A stretch of DNA of 64,000 bases, from the NCBI RefSeq assembly GCF_054482595.1, contig NZ_CM137008.1; one strand, given 5' to 3'. Of this stretch, positions 1 through 7,632 are shown in pieces. Position numbers and translations under genes: made by a program. The stretch's first letter is position 1. Each line of letters starts with the position of its first letter. The notes under the pieces were generated by a model, which was not told the DNA's origin, ran no database searches, and was given only the letters and a program-made list of their open reading frames with translations.

Positions 1-390
1 TTCGTCTGACCACTTAACGCCACGCTCTGTACCGAATGCCTGTATAAGCTCTAATAGCTCCGCAAATTCGCTTACACGCATCCTGCTGGTTGACTGGCCT
101 ATTACCACAAAGCCATTCCCGGCAAGGTTAGGAACAACGTCCTGCTGCTTTAATGCTGCGGTAAACACACACTTCCAGCTTTCTGCATCCAGCCAGCGAC
201 CATGCCATTCAACCTGACGAGAGACGTCACCAAGGCAAGCCCAAAGCTTTCGATTCTGGTCTAAGCTGCGGTTGCGTTCCTGAATGGTTACTACGATTGG
301 TTTGGTTGGGTCTGGAAGAATTTGCTGTACCGCGTGAATAGCGTTTTGCTGATGTGCTGGAGATCGAATTTCAAAGGTTAGTTTTTTCAT
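1..390 (-). CDS. ninB: NinB (Orf family recombination protein), N-terminal 130 codons; C-terminus lies beyond window start
   Basis: Reverse-strand translation from ATG at 390 reads MKKLTFEIRSPAHQQNAIHAVQQILPDPTK... and reaches window edge as ...ELLELIQAFGTERGVKWSDE, matching lambda NinB as recalled. Confidence 0.8.
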   Translation of the reverse strand, partial: MKKLTFEIRSPAHQQNAIHAVQQILPDPTKPIVVTIQERNRSLDQNRKLWACLGDVSRQVEWHGRWLDAESWKCVFTAALKQQDVVPNLAGNGFVVIGQSTSRMRVSEFAELLELIQAFGTERGVKWSDE

Positions 391-405
391 GACTTCCCTC
401 TCCCC

Positions 406-440
406 CAAATAAAAAGGCCTGCGATTACCAGCAGGCCTGT
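406..440 (-). terminator. Rho-independent terminator between ren and ninB (lambda tR2 position)
   Basis: 8-bp inverted repeat AGGCCTGC/GCAGGCCT followed on minus strand by UUUUUAUUU. Confidence 0.6.
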
Positions 441-463
441 TATTAGCTCAGTAATATAGATGG

Positions 464-754
464 TCATCTTTTAACTCCATATACCGCCAATACCCGTTTC
501 ATCGCGGCACTCTGGCGACACTCCTTAAAAATCAGGTTCGTGCTCATCTTTCCTTCCCGTTCTTCCTTGGTAGCAAACCGGTAATACACCGTTCGCCAGA
601 CCTTACCTTCGATAACCAGAAGACCTGCCCGTGCCATTTTAGCCGCGGCCTGATTTATGCTGGTTACTGTTGCGCCTGTTAGCGCGGCAACGTCCGGCGC
701 ACAGAAGCTATTATGCGTCCCCAGGTAATGAATAATTGCCTCTTTGCCCGTCAT
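464..754 (-). CDS. ren: Ren protein (96 aa)
   Basis: ORF translation matches lambda Ren as recalled; overlaps P stop as in lambda. Confidence 0.9.
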   Translation of the reverse strand: MTGKEAIIHYLGTHNSFCAPDVAALTGATVTSINQAAAKMARAGLLVIEGKVWRTVYYRFATKEEREGKMSTNLIFKECRQSAAMKRVLAVYGVKR

Positions 755-1452
755 ACACTTGCTCCTTTCAGTCCGAACTTAGCTTTGATTTCTGCGATCT
801 TCGCCAGAGCCTGTGCACGATTTAGAGGTCTACCGCCCATGACAGGAAGTTGTTTTACTGGTTCAGGGATCGCCTCACCACGGTTAATTCTCGCAGTCAT
901 ATGGACAAGCTCATCTGCGGCCTTACGGCGTAATTCCGCATCAGTAAGCGCATTGGCCCGCATGTTCTGATACAGGTTGGTAATCAGCCAGTAGTGCGCG
1001 TTTGATTTCCACGGATAAGACTCCGCATCCGGATACAGGCCTCGCTTCCGGCAATACTCGTAAACCATATCAACCAGCTCGCTGACGTTTGGCAGTCCGG
1101 CGGTAACGGATGCTTCTTCCCGGCACCATGCAACAAACTGCCCGGGTGATGGCAGAAATGGTCGATTCTGCCGACGGGCTACGCGCATTCCTGCGTTAAC
1201 CTGTTCCATTGTGGTGATCCCGTTTTCCCGGAAAGCCAGAACCCACTGGCGGCGGATTTCGTTCAGTTCGTTCTGGTCACGGTTAGCCAGGCTCGCCGGG
1301 AAAGTTGCCAGTAACTGGCTGAACACACCGTTGATGATCTGCGCTACCTGCTGTACCTGCGGCTTTTCGTCGTACTGTTCCGGCATGTTGTTGGCGATCC
1401 GACGCATCTGCTCACGGTCAAAGTTAACCATCTGTGCGGCGATGTTTTTCAT
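751..1452 (-). CDS. P: Replication protein P (DnaB helicase loader), 233 aa
   Basis: Full-length translation matches lambda P as recalled; overlaps O stop. Confidence 0.95.
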   Translation of the reverse strand: MKNIAAQMVNFDREQMRRIANNMPEQYDEKPQVQQVAQIINGVFSQLLATFPASLANRDQNELNEIRRQWVLAFRENGITTMEQVNAGMRVARRQNRPFLPSPGQFVAWCREEASVTAGLPNVSELVDMVYEYCRKRGLYPDAESYPWKSNAHYWLITNLYQNMRANALTDAELRRKAADELVHMTARINRGEAIPEPVKQLPVMGGRPLNRAQALAKIAEIKAKFGLKGASV

Positions 1453-2348
1453 AGATCCACCCCGTAAATCCAGTCTGTGTTTGTCAGGTCGAGTTTTGGT
1501 TTACTGGCTGTCACGACTGCCTGTTGCTTGTTACGGTTGATTTCGAGCTGGGTCCACTTGTCGCGGAGTTTGGCCGGACTCAGCACGTTACCGGACCAGA
1601 AGTTGTCCTGGCAGGCCCAGCGGAAAAGCACACACATATCGCGGTGGTTACGTCCGTCACGTTCACGCATCAGGCGGATATCGTTAGCCCACCCAGCAAA
1701 ATTCGGTTTTCTGGCTGATGGCGCGATGGTCTTCACCATGTCAAACATCCACTCTGCGGCGGTCAGGTCTTCTGCTGTTCCCCACTTGCTGCCGCTCTGA
1801 ATTGCAGCATCCGGTTTAACCACAGAAAGATCGTTTTCTGGCTGGTCAGAGGATTTGCCAGAATTCTCGGACGAATAATCTTTTCTTTTTTCTTTTGTAA
1901 TAGTGTCTTTTGTGTCCCCCTGTTTTGAGGGATAGCAATCCCCCAATTTGAGGGATGTTTTATCCCTCGTTTTAGGGGATTTTCCCTCGTTTTGAGGGAT
2001 ACACCATTCTGAGATGTTTTTATTTGGTCCAAACATGCCGCCTTGCTGCTTGATAATATTCATTCTGACGAGTTCTAACTTGGCTTCATTGCACCGTTTG
2101 ACAGGTAACTTTGTAATCTCGCTAAGTTGAGAATCGGTGATTCTGTCCATTGGTTTATTCCACCCATAGGTTTTACGCAGAATGGCAAGCAGCACTTTAA
2201 ACTGTCGCTTGGTCAGATCTGCGCCCGAATAAGCCTCAAGCAGCATATTTGATAGTCTGGCGTAACCATCATCGAGATCTGCCACATTACGCTCCTGTCC
2301 GGCAAAGTTACCTCTGCCGAAGTTGAGTATTTTTGCTGTATTTGTCAT
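1449..2348 (-). CDS. O: Replication initiator O, 299 aa
   Basis: Translation MTNTAKILNFGRGNFAGQERNV... near-identical to lambda O as recalled; contains ori iterons. Confidence 0.95.
   Translation of the reverse strand: MTNTAKILNFGRGNFAGQERNVADLDDGYARLSNMLLEAYSGADLTKRQFKVLLAILRKTYGWNKPMDRITDSQLSEITKLPVKRCNEAKLELVRMNIIKQQGGMFGPNKNISEWCIPQNEGKSPKTRDKTSLKLGDCYPSKQGDTKDTITKEKRKDYSSENSGKSSDQPENDLSVVKPDAAIQSGSKWGTAEDLTAAEWMFDMVKTIAPSARKPNFAGWANDIRLMRERDGRNHRDMCVLFRWACQDNFWSGNVLSPAKLRDKWTQLEINRNKQQAVVTASKPKLDLTNTDWIYGVDL
1870..2001. repeat. ori-lambda: four tandem iterons plus adjacent AT-rich region inside O
   Basis: Four ~19-bp repeats (TCCCTC-N-GAGGGA cores) at ~1912-2001, with an A/T-rich tract at 1870-1910. 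Confidence 0.85.
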
Positions 2349-2359
2349 AATGACTCCTG

Positions 2360-2434
2360 TGGATTGATCCAGTAATTCCCTCAGAATTGCATATCAATTT
2401 GCTTAGAGTCCCCGGCGGCCACCGGGGATTTTTT
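2360..2434 (+). ncRNA. oop: oop-like antisense RNA with its terminator (to), overlapping cII 3' end
   Basis: Plus-strand hairpin CCCCGG-CGGCCA-CCGGGG then T6 at 2410-2434, opposite to cII/O; position and sequence pattern resemble lambda oop as recalled; 5' end approximate. Confidence 0.6.
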
Positions 2435-2677
2435 CTTTGTGATTCCATCAAGCGCATACTTAAAAGCCCTGCTAATTGGACTGATGTCTGATGCCATTCC
2501 GAAAGCACACAAGACCGAAGCAATAAACCGCCAGTCCGTTCTGCTTATCTTCGATTCATGACAGCCAATCATCTTTGCCAGACCGCGCTGGGTAATAGTT
2601 GACAGATTGATAAGTAAATCTGTTTCTGCGCGATCAACGTCACGCTGTGATAGTTTGCTGTAACTTGTTCTTTCCAT
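2381..2677 (-). CDS. cII: CII-like transcriptional activator (98 aa)
   Basis: C-terminus ...KKKSPVAAGDSKQIDMQF resembles lambda CII ...KKRPAATERSEQIQMEF; HTH-like centre; lambda-order position between cro and O. Confidence 0.85.
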   Translation of the reverse strand: MERTSYSKLSQRDVDRAETDLLINLSTITQRGLAKMIGCHESKISRTDWRFIASVLCAFGMASDISPISRAFKYALDGITKKKSPVAAGDSKQIDMQF

Positions 2678-2762
2678 TTCTTAAGATTTCCAATAGTGAA
2701 TAGTTAGTTGAAAGGTATGCGTGGAAACGCATATGGCCTTAGTTGGTCAGATATCTTGGGAC

Positions 2763-2809
2763 TCGCTTTTCAGCGACGTAGGACGAATGTCCGTTGTTAC
2801 AAAGAGCGG
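2763..2809 (-). promoter_or_regulatory. nutR-like site (boxA CGCTCTTTGTAACAAC, boxB UCGCU-GAAA-AGCGA) on pR transcript
   Basis: Minus-strand boxA-like element followed by 5-bp stem/GAAA loop hairpin; near-identical architecture to the nutL candidate at 5263-5309. Confidence 0.5.
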
Positions 2810-2815
2810 GGTTAC

Positions 2816-3043
2816 TTATGCTGCCAGAAGGTTCTTTTTGCTTATTTCAAGCAATTCGCTTGCTTGATATTTGCCACCAGAAATCTCTTCGATTTTTGAG
2901 GCGTATTTCGTTTTCCCAAAAAACTCAGTCTTAGGGAGGAAGCCGTTTTTGAGCCACTTATAGACAGCCCTTTCGCTAACTCCACAAGCCTTCGCAACTT
3001 CAGGGATGCCGACACCTTTAATCGGCTCATCAAGATTTTGCAT
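2816..3043 (-). CDS. cro: Cro-like HTH repressor (75 aa)
   Basis: Small ORF divergent from cI with HTH motif (VAKACGVSERAVYKWLKNG); not lambda Cro sequence. Confidence 0.8.
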   Translation of the reverse strand: MQNLDEPIKGVGIPEVAKACGVSERAVYKWLKNGFLPKTEFFGKTKYASKIEEISGGKYQASELLEISKKNLLAA

Positions 3044-3122
3044 AGGAATATCCCTTTTTCGTACTTTTAGTACGCATTATGGTTGAACTGAAAGTTTTTG
3101 CAAGTGCTTTAGTATCGTACTC
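3044..3122. promoter_or_regulatory. oR-type operator/promoter region (divergent pR/pRM) between cro and cI
   Basis: 79-bp divergent intergenic region with palindromes GTACTTTTAGTAC (3061-3073) and AGTATCGTACT (3110-3120) and motif TTATGGTT also present near the pL region. Confidence 0.6.
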
Positions 3123-3830
3123 ATGGTTCAGAATGAAAAAGTGCGCAAAGAATTCGCCCAGCGGCTAGCGCAAGCCTGTAAAGAAGCTGGTCTTGATGAA
3201 CATGGTAGGGGTATGGCCATAGCCCGTGCCCTTTCTCTTTCGTCCAAAGGCGTTAGCAAATGGTTTAATGCTGAGTCTTTACCGCGTCAGGAAAAAATGA
3301 ATGCGCTTGCGAAATTTCTAAACGTTGATGTTGTTTGGCTTCAGCACGGCACTTCGTTAAATGGAGCGAATGATGAAGATACTCTTTCATTTGTTGGCAA
3401 ATTAAAAAAAGGGTTAGTGCGCGTGGTTGGTGAGGCAATTCTTGGTGTTGATGGTGCCATCGAGATGACCGAAGAGCGCGATGGGTGGCTCAAGATTTAT
3501 AGTGATGATCCAGATGCCTTTGGTCTTCGTGTGAAAGGAGACAGCATGTGGCCCAGAATAAAATCAGGAGAATATGTACTCATTGAGCCTAACACCAAAG
3601 TATTCCCGGGGGATGAGGTGTTTGTCAGAACCGTTGAAGGACACAACATGATCAAGATTCTTGGCTATGACAGAGATGGAGAATACCAATTTACAAGCAT
3701 CAACCAGGACCACAGGCCAATAACGTTACCTTATCATCAAGTAGCAAAGGTGGAGTATGTGGCTGGTATTCTGAAGCAATCTCGTCATCTGGATGACATC
3801 GAGGCAAGGGAGTGGCTGAAAAGTTTGTGA
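3123..3830 (+). CDS. cI: CI-type prophage repressor (N-terminal HTH + C-terminal S24 LexA-like autopeptidase), 235 aa
   Basis: HTH at N-terminus; GDSM serine motif and downstream lysine (MIKILG) typical of S24 family; heterologous to lambda cI. Confidence 0.9.
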   Translation: MVQNEKVRKEFAQRLAQACKEAGLDEHGRGMAIARALSLSSKGVSKWFNAESLPRQEKMNALAKFLNVDVVWLQHGTSLNGANDEDTLSFVGKLKKGLVRVVGEAILGVDGAIEMTEERDGWLKIYSDDPDAFGLRVKGDSMWPRIKSGEYVLIEPNTKVFPGDEVFVRTVEGHNMIKILGYDRDGEYQFTSINQDHRPITLPYHQVAKVEYVAGILKQSRHLDDIEAREWLKSL

Positions 3831-3953
3831 CTTCAAGTACGCGACAAGCCCCGTCCTTCAGGGCGTGGAGGATGTCAAAATAACTTTAAATAACACACCA
3901 CCAACATTTAACACATTGAATTAAAAAACCTACAATATTTGATGAGAGGCGTT

Positions 3954-4274
3954 ATGGAACCGGTCAAAATTAAACCATCTGTGGATTATATTGAAACCTA
4001 TGCGGACTTCGCTAGTTTTGCTCCACTACCGGGAGCGGAAAAAAATCTCATTTGTATACATTTTATCGCAAACAAGTCAATACCTGCGGTACTATCCCAA
4101 AATGATATACCAGATCAACCAGGTAGAGCGAATATGCAGATAGGCTCTGTAAATGAACTCAATCAGCAATGCACTGTGATAATGCCAATGGCACAACTAA
4201 AGGCTCTTCAGGAGAATATAGTTCTTCTTTTCGAACAATTAGAGGCACAAAACTCTAATGGAGCGAAGTCGTAA
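3954..4274 (+). CDS. Hypothetical protein ORF-A (~106 aa), first gene of cassette in rexA position
   Basis: ORF with GAGG Shine-Dalgarno 5 nt before ATG 3954 (alternative starts 3939/3942); stop overlaps ORF-B start (TAATG); no family recognised. Confidence 0.6.
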   Translation: MEPVKIKPSVDYIETYADFASFAPLPGAEKNLICIHFIANKSIPAVLSQNDIPDQPGRANMQIGSVNELNQQCTVIMPMAQLKALQENIVLLFEQLEAQNSNGAKS

Positions 4275-4957
4275 TGCAACAACCGGAAGAAGTAGGTGAT
4301 TTAACTATTACTTACAAAACATCAAGTATTGTTAAACCACTGCAAGTTTCCCTGAATAACGTTAATACTCGCGATTTCATGATGTTCATGGAAACAGCAA
4401 AAGGTAATCTGTTTTCTACGCCTATTTCCTCTTATTCACCAAAAAACATGGTGGATGATGCGACCAATTCCCAGCTAACTGCTACAATCGTAGATAAAGG
4501 AGGGGTTGCCGATTGTAAAGGACAATCTAATGTTATCCCACCGTACGAGGAAACTCCTATACAGGGAACCGCAATGTCCGATTTGAGCAGAAACGAAATA
4601 CAGGCACTTCTGAAGGCAAATAAAGCTGAAGTGGATGCAGTGGCCTCAAAAATGCAGGCTGATATGGCCAAATGGCGTGAACTAATGGCTTCAGATATAA
4701 AGGAGATGAAGCATTTAGTTGTTACTCAGCACGAACAAATCAACAGTCGTCTGGACATACAATCGAGTAGAATTGAGAGTGCCCTTGACTCCCAATCAAA
4801 AAAGATCGATGCAGCTCTTTCTGTTCAAGAGGCAAAGTTAGAAGGTAAGCTTAGTGATGTTAAGCTTGATATAATCAAATGGGCCCTTGGCTTGCCAGCA
4901 TTAGCATTTGCTGTATATAAAATCTACGGATTGCTCTCTGGAGTCTCAACCCCCTAA
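4274..4957 (+). CDS. Hypothetical tail-anchored membrane protein ORF-B (227 aa), in rexB position
   Basis: Translationally coupled to ORF-A; heptad-like/charged segment ~100-200; single C-terminal hydrophobic helix IIKWALGLPALAFAVYKIYGLL; no family recognised. Confidence 0.65.
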   Translation: MQQPEEVGDLTITYKTSSIVKPLQVSLNNVNTRDFMMFMETAKGNLFSTPISSYSPKNMVDDATNSQLTATIVDKGGVADCKGQSNVIPPYEETPIQGTAMSDLSRNEIQALLKANKAEVDAVASKMQADMAKWRELMASDIKEMKHLVVTQHEQINSRLDIQSSRIESALDSQSKKIDAALSVQEAKLEGKLSDVKLDIIKWALGLPALAFAVYKIYGLLSGVSTP

Positions 4958-4963
4958 TACACA

Positions 4964-4989
4964 CCCGGCCTCAGTGCCGGGTTTTCTTT
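4964..4989 (+). terminator. Rho-independent terminator closing the cI/ORF-A/ORF-B unit (lambda timm position)
   Basis: CCCGGC-CTCAGT-GCCGGG hairpin followed by TTTTCTTT. Confidence 0.65.
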
Positions 4990-4999
4990 GCCCAACGTT

Positions 5000-5262
5000 C
5001 GCCCACCTAAAAACACATAATCGATTGTATTTATTGAAAAACTGATAGATACAACTTGCTAAACAGTGCAACCCTGATCCCTGCCCCATCACCTTCATCC
5101 TCAACATTTACAAAAATAAAATACCTTATATATCAAAACCATATCTCGAGAAAACGAATGAACAACAAAATTTCGTACTTATGGTTCTTGATTGTATCGA
5201 ACCAATAGTTCATTATTATCACCATCAGCAGGACGCTGGAAGCCAAACGGAACAGACTGGCA
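5000..5262 (+). promoter_or_regulatory. pL/oL region (inferred), driving N and the leftward early operon
   Basis: Located between terminator and nutL; candidate -35/-10 TTGATT-17-CATTAT at ~5178-5206; inverted repeats GAACCAATAGTTC and TTATGGTTC. Confidence 0.4.
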
Positions 5263-5309
5263 GGCTCTTTAAACAACGTCGAACTCTCGACTACGTGGCT
5301 GAAAAGCCA
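5263..5309 (+). promoter_or_regulatory. nutL-like site (boxA GGCTCTTTAAACAAC, boxB UGGCU-GAAA-AGCCA)
   Basis: boxA-like GCTCTTT and 5-bp stem/GAAA loop hairpin ~100 nt upstream of N; same boxA/spacer(CTACGT)/boxB layout as the nutR candidate. Confidence 0.5.
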
Positions 5310-5407
5310 GATCACCCAACCACATAAGCTGTGGGATGCAATGCCGAAGCAACCGTCTCAGGAGGAGCTTCGAGATTGCATCGCCAAAGTTTATTCGGGA
5401 GGAATCT

Positions 5408-5680
5408 ATGTCCAGAAAAACAAAATTTAAAGGCACCGCAGCTTCTCGCCGTAGAGCCCGTCGCGCAAATCTGCAAAGTCAGGAGGCGATCAGCTCCGAC
5501 AAGCTACACAGACCAACCCCTTCACGAGTGGTCTTGCAATGCAAGCGCAAACCAGCAATGAGAGCAGAAGTTATAACTCTGACAACGTTGACCAGAAAAT
5601 ATGAAGGTTCAACTTGTCTTCCGAACGTAGCTCTTTACGCGGCAGGCTACCGGAAATCAAAACAACTGACGGCGAGATGA
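5408..5680 (+). CDS. N: N-type antiterminator (90 aa), P22 gp24-like
   Basis: Arg-rich N-terminal motif (GTAASRRRARRANL) and C-terminus ...CLPNVALYAAGYRKSKQLTAR resembling recalled P22 gp24 ...LLPGVALYAAGHRKSKQITAR; ORF-track start 5336 judged too far upstream. Confidence 0.8.
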   Translation: MSRKTKFKGTAASRRRARRANLQSQEAISSDKLHRPTPSRVVLQCKRKPAMRAEVITLTTLTRKYEGSTCLPNVALYAAGYRKSKQLTAR

Positions 5681-5696
5681 TAAATTAATTTGCTAA

Positions 5697-6278
5697 TTAC
5701 TTGTTTTTGCCATGCTTATCCTGAGCGATAAGTTCATCCATAAGACTGTCTTTCTTCCCAGCAAACCTAATGTAGCACTCATTTCTATAGCGTTCCGGGA
5801 TAACAAAACGGTCGATTTCAGGATATCCAGTAGCAGAAGGTACCCGAATAAGAAGCCCTTTTTCGAGCAATGAGATTGCTTCAGGGCTTCCCTTTTCTGT
5901 CTTTAGCTGGTTATTAGCGGCTACAGCGAATGCCAAATACGCTCTTTCTCCAAGAGTTAACGAATCAAACAAATCTTGCACGTATTTCTCTTCTTTAGAT
6001 TTGCGCTTCTGAGCAGCGAATATCTCAATTCTTTCAGTCACAGCGTGATAAGCGGAATTAACAACGCCGTTAAGCACATAGCTAACGCAAAACAACAGGA
6101 TGTAATACATCCAGTAATGAGGAAGGATTTCTGGATTATGCAGGTTTATCCATTCTTTTACGCTTACAGGCATAACAATAATCAATATGATCAGGATGAT
6201 TAGCATATGAATCAACTGTTTAAGTGTCATTCCTTGCAGGAAAAAATGCATTAGTTCCTGCCACCATGAGTTGTTCAT
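5697..6278 (-). CDS. sieB: Superinfection exclusion protein B (193 aa), membrane protein
   Basis: Translation MNNSWWQELMHFFLQGMTLKQLIHMLIILIILIIVMPV... matches lambda SieB as recalled. Confidence 0.9.
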   Translation of the reverse strand: MNNSWWQELMHFFLQGMTLKQLIHMLIILIILIIVMPVSVKEWINLHNPEILPHYWMYYILLFCVSYVLNGVVNSAYHAVTERIEIFAAQKRKSKEEKYVQDLFDSLTLGERAYLAFAVAANNQLKTEKGSPEAISLLEKGLLIRVPSATGYPEIDRFVIPERYRNECYIRFAGKKDSLMDELIAQDKHGKNK

Positions 6279-6538
6279 CGGCGTTTCTCTTTTGCTCTCT
6301 GTAGGGGTGAATAGAGTTTATCCGATTTCTCGCTGTAGGGGTACACGAGAACCACCGAGCCTGATGTGGTTAAAAGACAGGCATACTAATAAACACTGCA
6401 CTGTGTATTCATTCCAACGAGTGAATACACTGAGCAATGTCGCTCGTAACTAAACAGGAGCCGACTTGTTCTGATTATTGGAAATCTTCTTTGCCCTCCA
6501 ATGTGAGGGCGATTTTTTATCTGTGAGGATATGAATAG

Positions 6539-6907
6539 ATGTCAAACATCAAAAAATACATCATTGATTACGACTGGAAAGCATCAATAGAAATTGAAAT
6601 CGACCATGACGTAATGACAGAGGAAAAACTTCACCAGATTAATAATTTCTGGTCAGACTCTGAATACCGACTCAATAAACACGGCTCTGTATTAAATGCT
6701 GTATTAATCATGCTGGCGCAACATGCTCTGCTTATAGCAATTTCAAGCGACTTAAATGCATATGGTGTTGTGTGTGAGTTCGACTGGAATGATGGAAATG
6801 GTCAGGAAGGATGGCCTCCAATGGATGGTAGCGAAGGAATAAGAATTACCGATATCGATACATCAGGAATATTTGATTCAGATGATATGACTATCAAAGC
6901 CGCCTGA
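6539..6907 (+). CDS. ea10: Ea10-like protein (122 aa)
   Basis: Size and position between sieB and cIII as in lambda; sequence identity recalled only approximately. Confidence 0.75.
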   Translation: MSNIKKYIIDYDWKASIEIEIDHDVMTEEKLHQINNFWSDSEYRLNKHGSVLNAVLIMLAQHALLIAISSDLNAYGVVCEFDWNDGNGQEGWPPMDGSEGIRITDIDTSGIFDSDDMTIKAA

Positions 6908-6979
6908 GCGCGGCGTTACCGCATACCAATAACGCTTCACTCGAGGCGTTTTTCGTTATGTATAAATAAGGAGCACACC

Positions 6980-7144
6980 ATGCAATATGCCATTGCAGGG
7001 TGGCCTGTTGCTGGCTGCCCTTCCGAATCTTTACTTGAACGAATCACCCGTAAATTACGTGACGGATGGAAACGCCTTATCGACATACTTAATCAGCCAG
7101 GAGTCCCAAAAAATGGATCAAACACTTATGGCTATCCAGACTAA
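6980..7144 (+). CDS. cIII: CIII (FtsH inhibitor, 54 aa)
   Basis: Translation [54 protein letters not shown] matches lambda CIII; below ORF-track size cutoff. Confidence 0.9.
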   Translation: MQYAIAGWPVAGCPSESLLERITRKLRDGWKRLIDILNQPGVPKNGSNTYGYPD

Positions 7145-7256
7145 ATTCACTATCGCCACTTTTATTGGCGATGAAAAGATGTTTCGTGAGGCCGTCGACG
7201 CTTATAAAAAATGGATATTAATACTGAAACTGAGATCAAGCAAAAGCATTCACTAA
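7113..7256 (+). CDS. kil: Kil (FtsZ-targeting host killing peptide, 47 aa)
   Basis: [47 protein letters not shown] matches lambda Kil; overlaps cIII and gam. Confidence 0.85.
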   Translation: MDQTLMAIQTKFTIATFIGDEKMFREAVDAYKKWILILKLRSSKSIH

Positions 7257-7627
7257 CCCCCTTTCCTGTTTTCCTAATCAGCCCGGCATTTCGCGGGCGA
7301 TATTTTCACAGCTATTTCAGGAGTTCAGCCATGAACGCTTATTACATTCAGGATCGTCTTGAGGCTCAGAGCTGGACGCGTCACTACCAGCAGATCGCCC
7401 GTGAAGAGAAAGAGGCAGAACTGGCAGACGACATGGAAAAAGGTCTGCCCCAGCACCTGTTTGAATCACTCTGCATCGATCATTTACAACGCCACGGGGC
7501 CAGCAAAAAAGCCATTACCCGTGCGTTTGATGACGATGTTGAGTTTCAGGAGCGCATGGCAGAACACATCCGGTACATGGTTGAAACCATTGCTCACCAC
7601 CAGGTTGATATTGATTCAGAGGTATAA
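7211..7627 (+). CDS. gam: Gam (RecBCD inhibitor), 138 aa long form
   Basis: Translation near-identical to lambda Gam as recalled. Confidence 0.95.
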   Translation: MDINTETEIKQKHSLTPFPVFLISPAFRGRYFHSYFRSSAMNAYYIQDRLEAQSWTRHYQQIAREEKEAELADDMEKGLPQHLFESLCIDHLQRHGASKKAITRAFDDDVEFQERMAEHIRYMVETIAHHQVDIDSEV

Positions 7628-7632
7628 AACGG

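Noticed and set aside
3831-3953. Possible terminator between cI and ORF-A (CGTCCTTCAGGGCG)
   Set aside because: Imperfect palindrome without a following T-run; more likely read-through from cI into the cassette.
5133-5315. 60-aa - strand ORF across the pL/nutL region
   Set aside because: Overlaps predicted promoter and nut site, AT-rich low-complexity translation, no SD; likely spurious.
5976-6203. 75-aa + strand ORF in the position where lambda ral would be expected
   Set aside because: Lies antisense inside sieB and does not resemble lambda Ral as recalled; ral appears absent or unrecognisable here.
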